From assembly GCA_009103225.1 (NCBI GenBank), contig RHPI01001921.1:115894-179893 (forward strand): a stretch of DNA of 64,000 bases. Reading direction: 5' to 3'. The DNA is from Chlorokybus atmophyticus (Eukaryota; Plantae; Mesostigma and Chlorokybus algae). This document shows positions 1 to 10,966 of this stretch, in pieces. Each line of letters opens with the position of its first letter. Positions within the stretch are counted from its first letter, which is position 1. Made by a program: the position numbers and the translations under genes. Below the pieces are notes generated by a model. The model was not told the origin of the DNA, did not search any database, and worked only from the letters and a program-made list of their open reading frames with translations.

Positions 1-3000
1 CTATCAGCACCAGTGCTGCGCTTGCTAGGGCGCAACAAGTCTGTCAACTCTGCCACTGATAATGCTCGCGAGCCTTTACCATTGTGTAGCTGCTTTTGTT
101 GTTGCTCTCGTTGCACATCCAGACTCCGAGCAGCATCGTCTTCTGAAATGGCCTCTGACGCTGCCATCTCCTTGATGGCTTTGTACAAGACATTGCGTTT
201 CCCATATTGCTTGCGCATGCGCTCGTTGCCGCACCGCCAGGCAGATCCAAACTTTCGGTCCAACTCCTGCACTGCTGGGCCCCCATCGATGCCACGCACA
301 TATTCTGTCCATACATCAACAACGGTAGCCATGTTTACTGCCATCTGGTACGGAGGAGGTGGTGGCGCATCCACAGGCTCATATGCAGTCGTGGTTGCTT
401 GCGCGGCTGTGCACTGAGCGGCAGCATCAGGTACCTCAACCCTTGCAGGTGGCTCGTTCGCTCGCCTATAACGACGATGTCGCTTGCTTGGTCGTTGACC
501 GCGGGGATGCACCTGCTGAGTGGTCGTCGACACTGACGGTAAAGTGATGTGTAGCCCAGCTGCAATTGTACGCAGATAGCCTTCGTGGACATGCATGCGA
601 GCCTTGATCTGCTGCAACTCAGAGTCTTGACTCTGATTGCTCGCCTTCAGCTTATGCACTGACCTCTTCACTGACAGCACCGAGTCCTGTGTCGCCTTCA
701 TAATTGCATGGTTGTCTTGCAAAATGACAGCGAGCTGTTTCACAAAACTGTGCATGTAAGAGGCTGTGCATGTAGTCTGTGTGTGAATGAACAGCTCTTA
801 CAACTAGTGCTGAGTATGTGCAATGCTTGCATCTGTAGCAATACGTACCCGATCCGGCAGTTCGTCATACTGTGTATTAGCATCCACCATGGACTCATTA
901 TGCGACGCCACCACTTCGTCCGCCCATTCATCAAATTCTGCATTTTGAAACAACTCGTGTTCACAAACAGAAAGTGTAGGGAAGCCATCAACTGTTTCGC
1001 CACGTAGTTGCATGTTTTCTTGTCGCATAATGGCGACATCCTGCAAGCAAGAAGACATGCATCAAAGCTTGCACAAGGCACAAGTTTCTGAACAACCATA
1101 AACATACCTGCCCTACAACATCGCGCAAGTAGTCAAGCAACTCTAAATGCTTAAATGCTGCAAAGTCCCGCTCTTGATCTCTGCCATGCAAACACCGCTG
1201 CAAGAGCCAAGTTCGTATATGAGGGACATGTACGCTGGCAGCCATAAACAACGACAATGCACTCGCTTAATCATAAGCGAGCAAGCAATACCTTTCGCAC
1301 ATCATTCAGTGCAGTCTCCAAGCCGGGAAAAATTTGAGTGCGGATGTTTTGTGGCAAGCGGAACCGCGAACGAGCCAAAACATGCTTGTTGGGGTGATTT
1401 GGATGTCCATGCCCTACAATGCAATTGTTATTAAATACATGCAAAATCATCAGACCATTACAGTGACTGTGCCGTTGTTACCTGCAATAATTGCGCATGT
1501 TGTGACGTCCAGCTGTGTGACGTAGGACAGGTTGAAATGGTCATTATTCCATCGGCCATTTTGCTTCACACCACTTTCTGTAGCCCTGCATTATAGTAAT
1601 GTCGATTTATGTGTACAATATCAAGCTGTCGATCAAGTAGACATGTCCACACCCTCAATCTACTTACCCAGCGTTCATTGCCTGCTGTGATGATTCTTTG
1701 CGCGACGCATGAACTTTAGACCTGCCCGTCACAATGCCGCATTCCCGGAACCCCTCGCATGCGTGGTTGTATTGTTGTCTGTAGGTCAGGTGCTGACCCT
1801 CTTTCTCACCAGGGAATAGAGGCTCTCCATACCTGTAACTCCGCATTCATAAGATGGGCACGCACTTGCACACTACCGCACGCACCGCACGCACCAGGTT
1901 GCCCGTGATGTGAAGTCCGGAAATGGTCGCTGCAGCATATGGTACTTGTGAAACCAATGGAATGCTAGCGCATTGTGCCAACATCCTATTGGACTCCAGT
2001 GGCGCAGACCTCCGAAATACTCCGTGTTGCCATTCTATGCACAAGCATAGCAACGTTTGCAACCATGAAACACGGAAACGTCATGTGCCCCAACATGATC
2101 GACAGATGTTAATGAGTACCTTGTTCATCTTTCCATTGCGAGATACAAAGCAAATCATCACACCAAGGTCCGGCCCTAAAGAGTTCTGAGGAATTTTGTA
2201 ATTATAGAAGTCACACTCTTCGCAAGCCCTTGCAACGTCGCCGCGCGTGAGGCATGTATGTCGCAACGCTAGATCCAATCTGCATGTTGCCAAAATCAGC
2301 AACATGAAAGATATTGTTGTGCGTGAGCAGACTGAGCTCTCAACCATACCTTGCTCTTAAAGCCGCAGCTTGCTTGGGGATGTTACTGGTATGAGCAGAT
2401 TTTCCCAACAAATAAGCATTCATGTTGCGATAATCTACAGGTGTATACGCTTCTGCACTAGTGCCTGCCAGCCGGTCCTTGAACTCCCTACGCACAACTT
2501 GCATATTGGTCAAACCAATATAAGAAATCACTGTTTGAGTTGAGGCATGTAGCAAGTTAGCAAATTACCTTTTTGCTTTATCGGAAATAACTTGGCGAGC
2601 ATTCTTCAGAACCAACTTGATTGCATGGTTCTCGCGCAGATCAATAGCTGGCACACCTTCTTGCAAGGACTGGTCTTTGGCAGCGTCTTGCAGACTTTTG
2701 ACAACGTTCTCCAACTTGTGCCAAGATTCATGTTGATGTTCCAACATGAACCGCTCACAAGTGCTGATGTCCACACGCCGCTGGTGACCATTCTTCTCAC
2801 ACCATTCCTAACACAATATTGTTAACAACATGCTTACAATAGGTGTATGCACTCATGTCTACCTGATAGATCTTGACGCCTCTCATGTACTTTACTCTGG
2901 TGTTCTTCGGCCGCTCTTCATGCTTGCGTGATAAGAGCTCCGCTAAACCCGGCCTGGTAGTGGGTGCACTGCCAGCTTGCTGGTCATCATCGTCATCACT

Positions 3001-3100
3001 CATGTGAGCCTGCACACATTCTATATGAATGGTACGATGTGATATGTATCAAGCACAAGGTGTAATGGCGAATCGTACTTGTGTAGTTGCAAGTGTTGCC
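1..3100 (-). mobile_element. CryptonF-type tyrosine-recombinase gene (NDC10_II-like YR domain + C-terminal GCR1_C), multi-intron; 3' end runs off the window, 5' end uncertain (up to ~4200)
   Basis: Spliced minus-strand translation gives RPKNTRVKY (N-terminus), TRGDVAR, NGKMNK|NGNTEYFGGLRHWSPIGCWHNALAFHWF..PFPDFTSRATW, KVHASRK, GRWNNDHFNLSY, IFPGL and ELFQNAEF. Bases ~1-360 encode YQMAVNMATVVDVWTEYVRGIDGGPAVQELDRKFGSAWR, a GCR1_C-like domain in a frame the ORF track misses. GT-AG junctions restore the frame at the exons checked. Confidence 0.85.
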
Positions 3101-4403
3101 GCAGCAGCAAATGGAAGCCATGAGATGCCTAAGCCCTTAGGCAGAACGTGTTGGCTTGTGTGTGATAACCAGCTGTGGCGTGCTGACGCAACCGCTGCAA
3201 AACTGGGTGAAGAACAGAGCTGGAGACTGACGCCACTTGTGGACACATCCACAAGTGGCGCAGGCAAGGCCCAAGACATCCATTCCAAGCTTCCAAGGGC
3301 TCTTAAACTTCGTAAAACTGTGCGCCACATCATCACGACCTAGCAACATAAGTGTCACTTGGTATGAGCAGATTTTGCCAACCAACCCCAATATCGAGTG
3401 TGTGTGCAGAGCTGTGTGCTGCTGTTGATTGTACGCCAATGTGAGCATTGTGCGCATGTCTGATGCTATTGTGCGCGCAAACACGCCTGGAGTGTTGCAC
3501 ACATGTGAGACACACAACCACACACAACACACACGCACACACTACTCCACATGCACGCAAAAACCACCTGCATGGCAAGCAACTCTGCACGCAAGCACGC
3601 GTATGCACGTGAAAGACACACAAATTAGATGCATAGACATGCACATACGCACACCAACTCTGGACGCATGCACAAGCACACTCACACTCACACTCACCTG
3701 CACATACGCTGGACATATACACGCTGGCACATGCACACGCTCACGCACAGTGCAAGAACTGCAAAACCCAACACCAACAGCGCTTCAACTTACCTTCTAG
3801 CCCGCCTAGCACATGATATACAAGAACATGCATGATGCACATGTATACACACGCGCGCACGCTGGACACATGTATACACACGCACACTGCAAGAATGACT
3901 TCATTTGTATAAACATAACAGAAAGTTACCAATTAGCGTCCAATACAACATATAGTGCCTAGAAGCCCTAAGGTCGGCGCTCTGCCTGGAGCCGCCCCAC
4001 CCGTCAGCAGTCGGCTACCGCCTGCCGCTGATCACCCCGCTGATCACCCTGCTGATCACCCTGCTGGTCGCCCCCGCCGCCAATATTGCCGCCGCTGCTG
4101 GTCGCCCACGCCGCCAATGTTGCCGCCGCTGCGCCAGTACCTACCGCCTGAAACCCTAAGCAAGCCTTAAGCAAACCCTAATTCTGTTAAGAAACTACAG
4201 TGGATATCCATGGTCAGCCTGCGTAGACATCTATTAAGAAATGATATCGACAATGCTGCTTGGTTAGGTACCCCTTATAGTACCTACCTTAACTGCTGCC
4301 TGGAGACGCGCAGCGTCTCCGGACACACATACTCAAGCGTCTCTAGAGACGCTTTGAGTTAGAAGGTACTATTACGGTCCCGCAGTCCTGTGGCCCTACT
4401 ACA

Positions 4404-5912
4404 CAGTTTACCCCCGCCAAGAGAATTCGTTTCAAGAGAATAATCCCGTTAGTATCATAAACAATGAGATTACCAAACGTTCTACAGGCAAATAACGCGT
4501 CTCAAGAGAATATGACTAACCGCGAAGAGCATATCTTTTTTCCTTGAAAAAATCGTAAGTTTAAGTGAGGATATGCTTGTATCGGGGGGTGCATTTTTGG
4601 GGTTGGGGGGGGGCCGGGGTCCCCCAAAGCCCCCTTGTTTGTCAGAGTTTGTTGTGGTGTACATCATGTTGTTGATGGTCTTCATGTGCAGGTACAAAAG
4701 GAAGCTTGTGCAGCATCTTCTCCAGCAATATGATGCAGACCCCACCTTCGACTTGAGTAAAGTGAAGGTGCAGATGCGTGAAGCCATCATGTGGAATCGC
4801 GAGGCGTGGGACGAGCTGACTTTCACAACCATTGCCAACTGCTGGAGGAAGACTGGCATTACCCCCGCGGAATGGTATGAGGCCACTCCCGCCGACACCG
4901 AGCGCATCATTCACGCGATGATACACGACATGGGTGAAAGGATGCAGCGTTTGCCCATTCCACGTGCTGACATGCTCTCCGCTGACGAGTTCGTCGAGGC
5001 GGATGATCATCTTCCCACTGAGGCTGGCCAATGTGACAAGGACATTTTGATGAGTGTTGGGGCACTGACTCCACCGACGGACGACAACGTCGATCCCGAC
5101 GCGGAAGGTGTGTACGCGTGCATGCACACCGTATGTAGCTTTCCTTCTCATAATTTTCACATAACTCATTGCAGATGATGATGAGTGCGCACCGCTGGTT
5201 GTGACGACATTCGGGTGTCTTCAGCACTTGGACAGTATTGAGGCCTTCGTGGCTGGCAGTGAGTGCTTTAAGCCTGAGCATCTACAGTTGGCATTGCGGC
5301 ACATCCGCAATGTGGTGATTCGTCATCAGCTATTTGGCTCCTCGCACCAGACACGCTTGCACAAGTTCTTTCATGCCTCGAGCAATGAGGCATCAACATC
5401 ACACGCAGCCACCACCAGTGCAACGGCCGAAGACCCTCTTGTAGTTGATAACTAATGGCTGAGATGTTTGATGTACATGCGAACTTTCATATTGTTCAAG
5501 GCATGAGACATGCATGCAAGTGTGCATGCTTTGCATCATACACAAAAGTCAACACACTGAAACACATTTCAAGCCCATTGACAGGCTTAGCAGATGTACA
5601 TTAAACAATGCATTACAACCGCAGCATTTTGGCTGCATGTCACACAAATGGCAAGAATGTTGTTTGGATTCATCTGACTATAGCAGCGCGATTGTATGGT
5701 ATTCAAGCAAGAATGTAGCAACATGGGCATTGTTGAGCTTCATTGCTCACCATGCTAAAGCGAAAAAGTATTATACACAAGACCCCGCTAATAGCATATT
5801 TATGCTCTTGGCAGTCAATAGCATATTATGCTCTTAAACGCTTAGAGAATAACCCCGCCAAGAGCATAAGATTGCTGAGGATAAACAGTATGCTCTTAGC
5901 GAGGGTAGACTG
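4404..5912 (+). mobile_element. pogo/Tigger (Tc1-mariner superfamily) element, internally deleted, retaining the C-terminal exons of a DDE_1 transposase
   Basis: Termini CAGTTTACCCCCGC at 4404 and GAGGGTAGACTG|TA at 5912. ORF 4692-5110 reads YKRKLVQHLL..KVQMREAIMWNREAWDELTFTTIANCWRKTGI, the CENP-B/pogo DDE C-terminal motif. The HTH and N-terminal DDE part are absent. Confidence 0.8.
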
Positions 5913-5914
5913 TA

Positions 5915-6383
5915 CAGTTTACCCCCGCTAAGAGACTTCGCTCTAAGAGAATAACCCCGCTTATAGCATAGAATGTGAGATTACCAATGGTTTTACCGGC
6001 AAATGTTGGTGCCTAAGAGAATATGACTAACCGCGAAGAGCATATATTTTTTTCACGAAATTTTTGCAAGTTTGAGTGTGCATATTCCCAACATCGAGGG
6101 AGGAGACGTGACGGGTGTGGCATAAGGCGTGATGAGTGTGACGATCAGGGCATGATGGGCAAGATGTGACCCGCAACTAGCGTGATGGGTATAATGGCGC
6201 GACGGGCGTAACCTGATGCGCGTGACGTAATGAGCGTGACGGGCGTGATGAAGCCGCGATTATAGCATATTTATGCTCTTGACATTTAAGAGCATGTTAT
6301 TCTCTTAAACGCCAAGAGCATAACCTTGCCAAGAGCATACGATTGCTGGGGACAAACAGTATGCTCTTAGCGAGGGTAGACCG
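5915..6383 (+). mobile_element. pogo-family MITE (~470 bp)
   Basis: Starts TA|CAGTTTACCCCCGCTAAGAG and ends GAGGGTAGACCG|TA. Subterminal sequence is shared with 4404-5912; no ORF. Confidence 0.85.
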
Positions 6384-7408
6384 TATCATGAGTAGGTAGC
6401 AACAACCTACGTAAGGTACAATAGATTGCCTAAATGCCTGATTGCACAAGTGCACTTAACGTGTTAATTGACAAGCCGCACCGACTGTCGACTATACACC
6501 CGTGGACAGCCGCAAGTGGATAGCCGCAAATGGTCGGCGGCCGGCTGATTGACAGCCTTTTTAATTAAGCTGTAAGGGGTTGTCTATGCAATCAACATCC
6601 TTCATAGTACCGTACGTGTATTTGCAAAACTTTGTGGACATGCACCATTAACATATTCTATGCGTTTATCTAAGTATTGACGTATATATAGACATCATAC
6701 ATGTGTATACATTAACGCATTATATATATTATATAATATATATATATATAAATGTTAGCGTGTGCATAAATGAATTTAATTTTATTCGCATGGATACGCA
6801 GGTTTAATGGTTATATCAGTAGCATTTAGGTTGAGCCGTATACAAGGTATGTCTCATGTAAAAATACGTACAAGAAGTATACATAAATGACGTCACTTGT
6901 AATAGCCTCTCATGAGACCGCAGAATGATTGACAGCCCCGACCAAACGTTGTGTCCAACCAGCCAGTAAATACCTACGTTAGTGCCGCAATGCGGTTTTG
7001 ATATTAATATCGTGTAAACGTATATATACACTTATATGGTATAAATACTATAAATACTATATACACGAATGCTTACATATATACACATGCAGATGTGTGT
7101 ATGCGCACGCAAGCAGGATGTTGACAACCCCTAACAAGGTTACATACTCATAGACAACCCCCAACAAAGCATTGTAGTTAACAAACCTTGGCAGCCGCCA
7201 AAATGCGGCTGTCTGTGTCATCAATAATGACCTAAAATAACGTAATACCGTTGATTAATACTGGTACAGCCTATGCACATTGATAGCGCATGCCTATGGG
7301 CCTGTCAAGTCACAACGCCGACTTCTGTGCAAGTTCCCGCCGCCGACAGTCGCCAAGCGGCCGTCGGTACAATCTATAACGCAAGTACTACAGAGACCTT
7401 GCCGGTAC

Positions 7409-7482
7409 GTGCACATGTAGCTTAGTGGTTAGCGTGTCGTGTTTGTACTACAAAGGTCTTGGGTTCGATTCTCGGTGCACGC
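7409..7482 (+). pseudogene. Degenerate tRNA-like sequence (pseudo-tRNA or SINE head; TGT at the anticodon position)
   Basis: A-box-like TAGCTTAGTGG, B-box GGTTCGATTC and acceptor pairing GTGCAC/GTGCAC are present; the anticodon stem is broken. Confidence 0.5.
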
Positions 7483-8896
7483 ATGTGTTCTTGACTAATC
7501 ATTTCTAAGACACCGCGGCCTCGTGCGCTGCAACCTGCGGCCCCGCAGGCCGGGCGTGGCCGGTACCGTTGGCTCAAGATAGAGCACTTTTTCGTCATTT
7601 GCAATTACATCTGATGCTTATGAATTAGTAATGCGGTCGATGGTCCGGTGGCCGGACCAGTAATGATGTAAAGTACATTTGCATGATTAATTAAGTCCCT
7701 GGTCCGCTGGCTCGTACCTGGTCCTGACGCGACCGTAAACCGGCCGGACCAGACATGATGCGACCCCAAAAAATTATGGGACCGTTCACGTGAGGTTTGG
7801 ACCATGCATGTCCGACTGTCAATGACAACCGGACCATACATAATCCACCGATTTCACTAAGCAGGGCAAAATCCTGGCCCAAAGGCACGGACCATTCATG
7901 GTCCTTTAACGTCAAGCGGTGTGGCTGCCTCCATCCACATGCTACATCAACAACCACTGTACTACTAGTTTGAGTCACTGTTGCCGCCTGTTGTAACAGC
8001 AGGAGAAGAGTTTGCAGCACATCAACGTACATGTTGCACACCATCGAAACGATGGTGTTATGTAGATGCACCAGGGCATCATACATGTCATCATCAACCA
8101 TCTCCTACTCTTGATTGATATCGCGCAGAGCTTGGTTATGTCGTCGTAACAATAGCAGCGCCATGCGTAGCAGACCAACCAGCGCCCTCACATCTGCACA
8201 TCGACACTGAGCGTTAACCCTATCATGAAATCCCGTGTACTCACACACTAACTACTTTGCGTATACACAGTGGCACACCCTTTGACGCTACCTAACAATT
8301 ACACATCTCTGCACACACACGCACAGCAATACGCATACCCACTTGCAGCAAACTTCGCAATGCACCCAAGAGACGTTGATAAGCAGCCAGCCAGTCAGCC
8401 ATCAAGCCCAATTACCTGCCATATCGCCCACACTCTCTCGTTGCAACAACAGCAGCCAGCAGGCGAAAGTCAGACGCCGCCTGCTGCCTCCTGGTGGCCA
8501 GCCTTGCCAACCTAACACACGCCACCACCCGCATGCACGCCGCCGCCGCCATCGATGCCGCCGCCGCCGCCGCCACCGCTATTGCTACCGCCGCCCTGCT
8601 TCCAAGACGGCGGGAACAATGGCATGCTCATTGCGGAAACTTCCGCCAATCAGGTTCGTTCAACTGCCGAGGTACGGTCATTACGCAGCTCGAGAGCCTG
8701 GTTAAAATGTTGCTAAAAACTAAGTCCACGTTGGCGTTCGCTGACGCCACGTGGAAGCCAGCTCAACCATGAAACGAGTTGCTTTGCGTATGTCTGACCG
8801 GCTGAATGCGTTTTGCGAGATAAATTCGGGCCGCGGGGTGCCCCGCGCTCAAAATTACCCAGTCAAACGCCCGAGCGCTCCATGTCTGCACGGGCT

Positions 8897-9085
8897 CTTA
8901 ACTGATCCACTCTACCATGTAACGCTAATTGATTACACGCTATAATTACTGCATTATCAAACATGATCAACAGCCGCAAGGCATGCCGCCACTACTCACC
9001 CTCGTTTTAACTGATCCACTCTGCCATGTAACGCTAATTGATTACACGCTATAGTTACTGCGTTATTAAACTTGGTCAACAGCCG
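8897..9085. repeat. Tandem pair of a ~105-bp dispersed repeat (partial 8897-8976, full 8982-9085); third copy at 58480-58583
   Basis: Near-identical TAACTGATCCACTCT..TAACGCTAATTGATTACACGCTATA..GGTCAACAGCCG in all three copies. Confidence 0.8.
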
Positions 9086-9307
9086 AAAAAAAAAGTAATC
9101 TTGTGTTGGATTGGGCTCCTAAAGGCTCAATGTTCACATGTTCAAACCCTTGCGGGCGTTTGGTGACGGGGGCCGGGGCGGGGTGGAAGGGCGGCGGCAG
9201 TCTCGACGATTACCTCGTAGTATCATGGCCTGTTCTGTATCAATGAGTAACCGAGCAGCCATCCGTTGATGCCAAAAGGTTGAAAATGCCATGCCAAAAA
9301 TAAAGTG

Positions 9308-9380
9308 CGACCGCGATGGGACTCGAACCCACAATCTCCCGCTCCGGAGGCGAGCGCCTTATCCATTAGGCCACGCGGTC
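9308..9380 (-). tRNA. tRNA-Arg (CCG)
   Basis: Reverse complement GACCGCGTGGCCTAATGGATAAGGCGCTCGCCTCCGGAGCGGGAGATTGTGGGTTCGAGTCCCATCGCGGTCG folds into a full cloverleaf with anticodon CCG and is followed by a T-tract Pol III terminator. Confidence 0.95.
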
Positions 9381-10691
9381 ATTTCATCACCGCAACCTGT
9401 AAGCGCATACTTATGGAGCGTGTATATGTTAACAAAGTTGCTGTATGTTTCAACTTAGAGATAAAAATGCCACTATTTGAAATTTCCAACATCGTACACC
9501 TTGAGTGAAAGCATGTGAAGATACGCTGTTTCCCATTTATAAATTGACCAAAAATTTTCATGTTATAAGCGCAATATGCTTACACTCATTTATAAAAAGG
9601 TGCTGCGGATAGATGCCAATGAGAATTGTATGATCCAACAATAACAAGCCTTATAATCATAGAACATGATATAAAATGCACAATGTCACTTGTGTCATTC
9701 ATAATACACAATCGATGTAGCTGATGCCGTAATTCCAACTGACTCTTCACAATTTAAAATTATAAAATTACGCATTATACCAGGGGACGTTACAATAGCT
9801 GATGAGAATCATGATAATTGTTGGGTATACCATACATCATGGTACACTACATTTTCAATCGATCATTTGGCAGATAAACTTGCCGCAACAGTTGCGCAAC
9901 ATATAAGGTTGTTACAATATTATATTCGGTGTTATAGCTTGTAATATCATCATGTGTAATGCACCATTGCTTAAACATATCCACATGAAATGGGACAGTA
10001 TCCATGTTTATTATTGTGAAATTACATCAATTACATCATGTGATAATGGGCAAGCTGCTTGGGTTATGTAATCAATATAACGAAGTTATTACTCATATTA
10101 AAATGCTAAAAACACACACCTAATGTGCGCTCTTCTTGTTGTTGATGTTTAATCTATTCAAACATTAACATAATTGCTGATCATTTATACCTATCACCAA
10201 TTATCATATTTCACATTTGGTTGCTACTTGGTACATTGCCCCTCCTGCAACCCAATTGCGCATGCCCATGATAAACATGGGGTGACCCTATGCTGTAAGT
10301 GTCGCTCACAAAATGTCTATCATGCTCGGAGTTGATCACGTGGCCGGATGGTGTCTGCCTCTGACATCACGCTTTCTGACGGACTTGCAAGACCGATATC
10401 GCTGCACGGCATGGGCGATATCGCGCGCACGGGTCAAGCAGAGCAGCAGTCAGGCTGCTAAATGAGGCGCCGTGCAGGCAGGCTTGTGCGCCACCACCAG
10501 GACGGTCACAGCGGCGGCGGCGGCGGCGGCGGAGGTAGTGGATGCTGCTAGATGATGAGGCCGGATCATCTGCAAGTCTGCTGGCCGCTTCAGGGCTGGC
10601 GGTGTCAGGTGCGCCGGGTGGTAGAAGGACGACTCTAGCCTGCTCTGGTCCGTTCTAGTCTGGACCTGGTGGGCTGGGGTAGCCGGCAGCC

Positions 10692-10926
10692 ATGCCGCCG
10701 TCAAAGATCAACACGTCTTCGGGCGATAGCGACGGTCCGTCCTCCACCGACGCCTCTCCCAAGTCTCCCGCCAGCCACAATCCTAAGCGCAACTCCCACC
10801 CCTCCTCACCAAGTAAGCGACACCACCACACACATTGCCTTAAAGTGGTCGAACCCGCTGTCCCATACTGTTATGTATCGTAGTAACTACACATCTGATC
10901 ACGACCCAACAAGCTTCTCTATCAAT

Positions 10927-10966
<40 letters not shown>

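Noticed and set aside
3333-3900. Cys/His-rich ORFs over (CA/TG)n tracts here and throughout the introns
   Set aside because: Artefacts of intronic dinucleotide low complexity.
4148-4182. AAACCCTAA motifs as a telomere or telomeric array
   Set aside because: Only two isolated copies; at most telo-boxes, with another at ~20947.
6390-7400. Possible TIR element around a TA-rich core
   Set aside because: The inverted similarity is patchy and no termini or TSD could be defined.
7691-8620. Minus-strand ORF MVDDDMYDALVHLHN.. as a gene or transposase fragment
   Set aside because: No recognisable motif or consistent exon chain.
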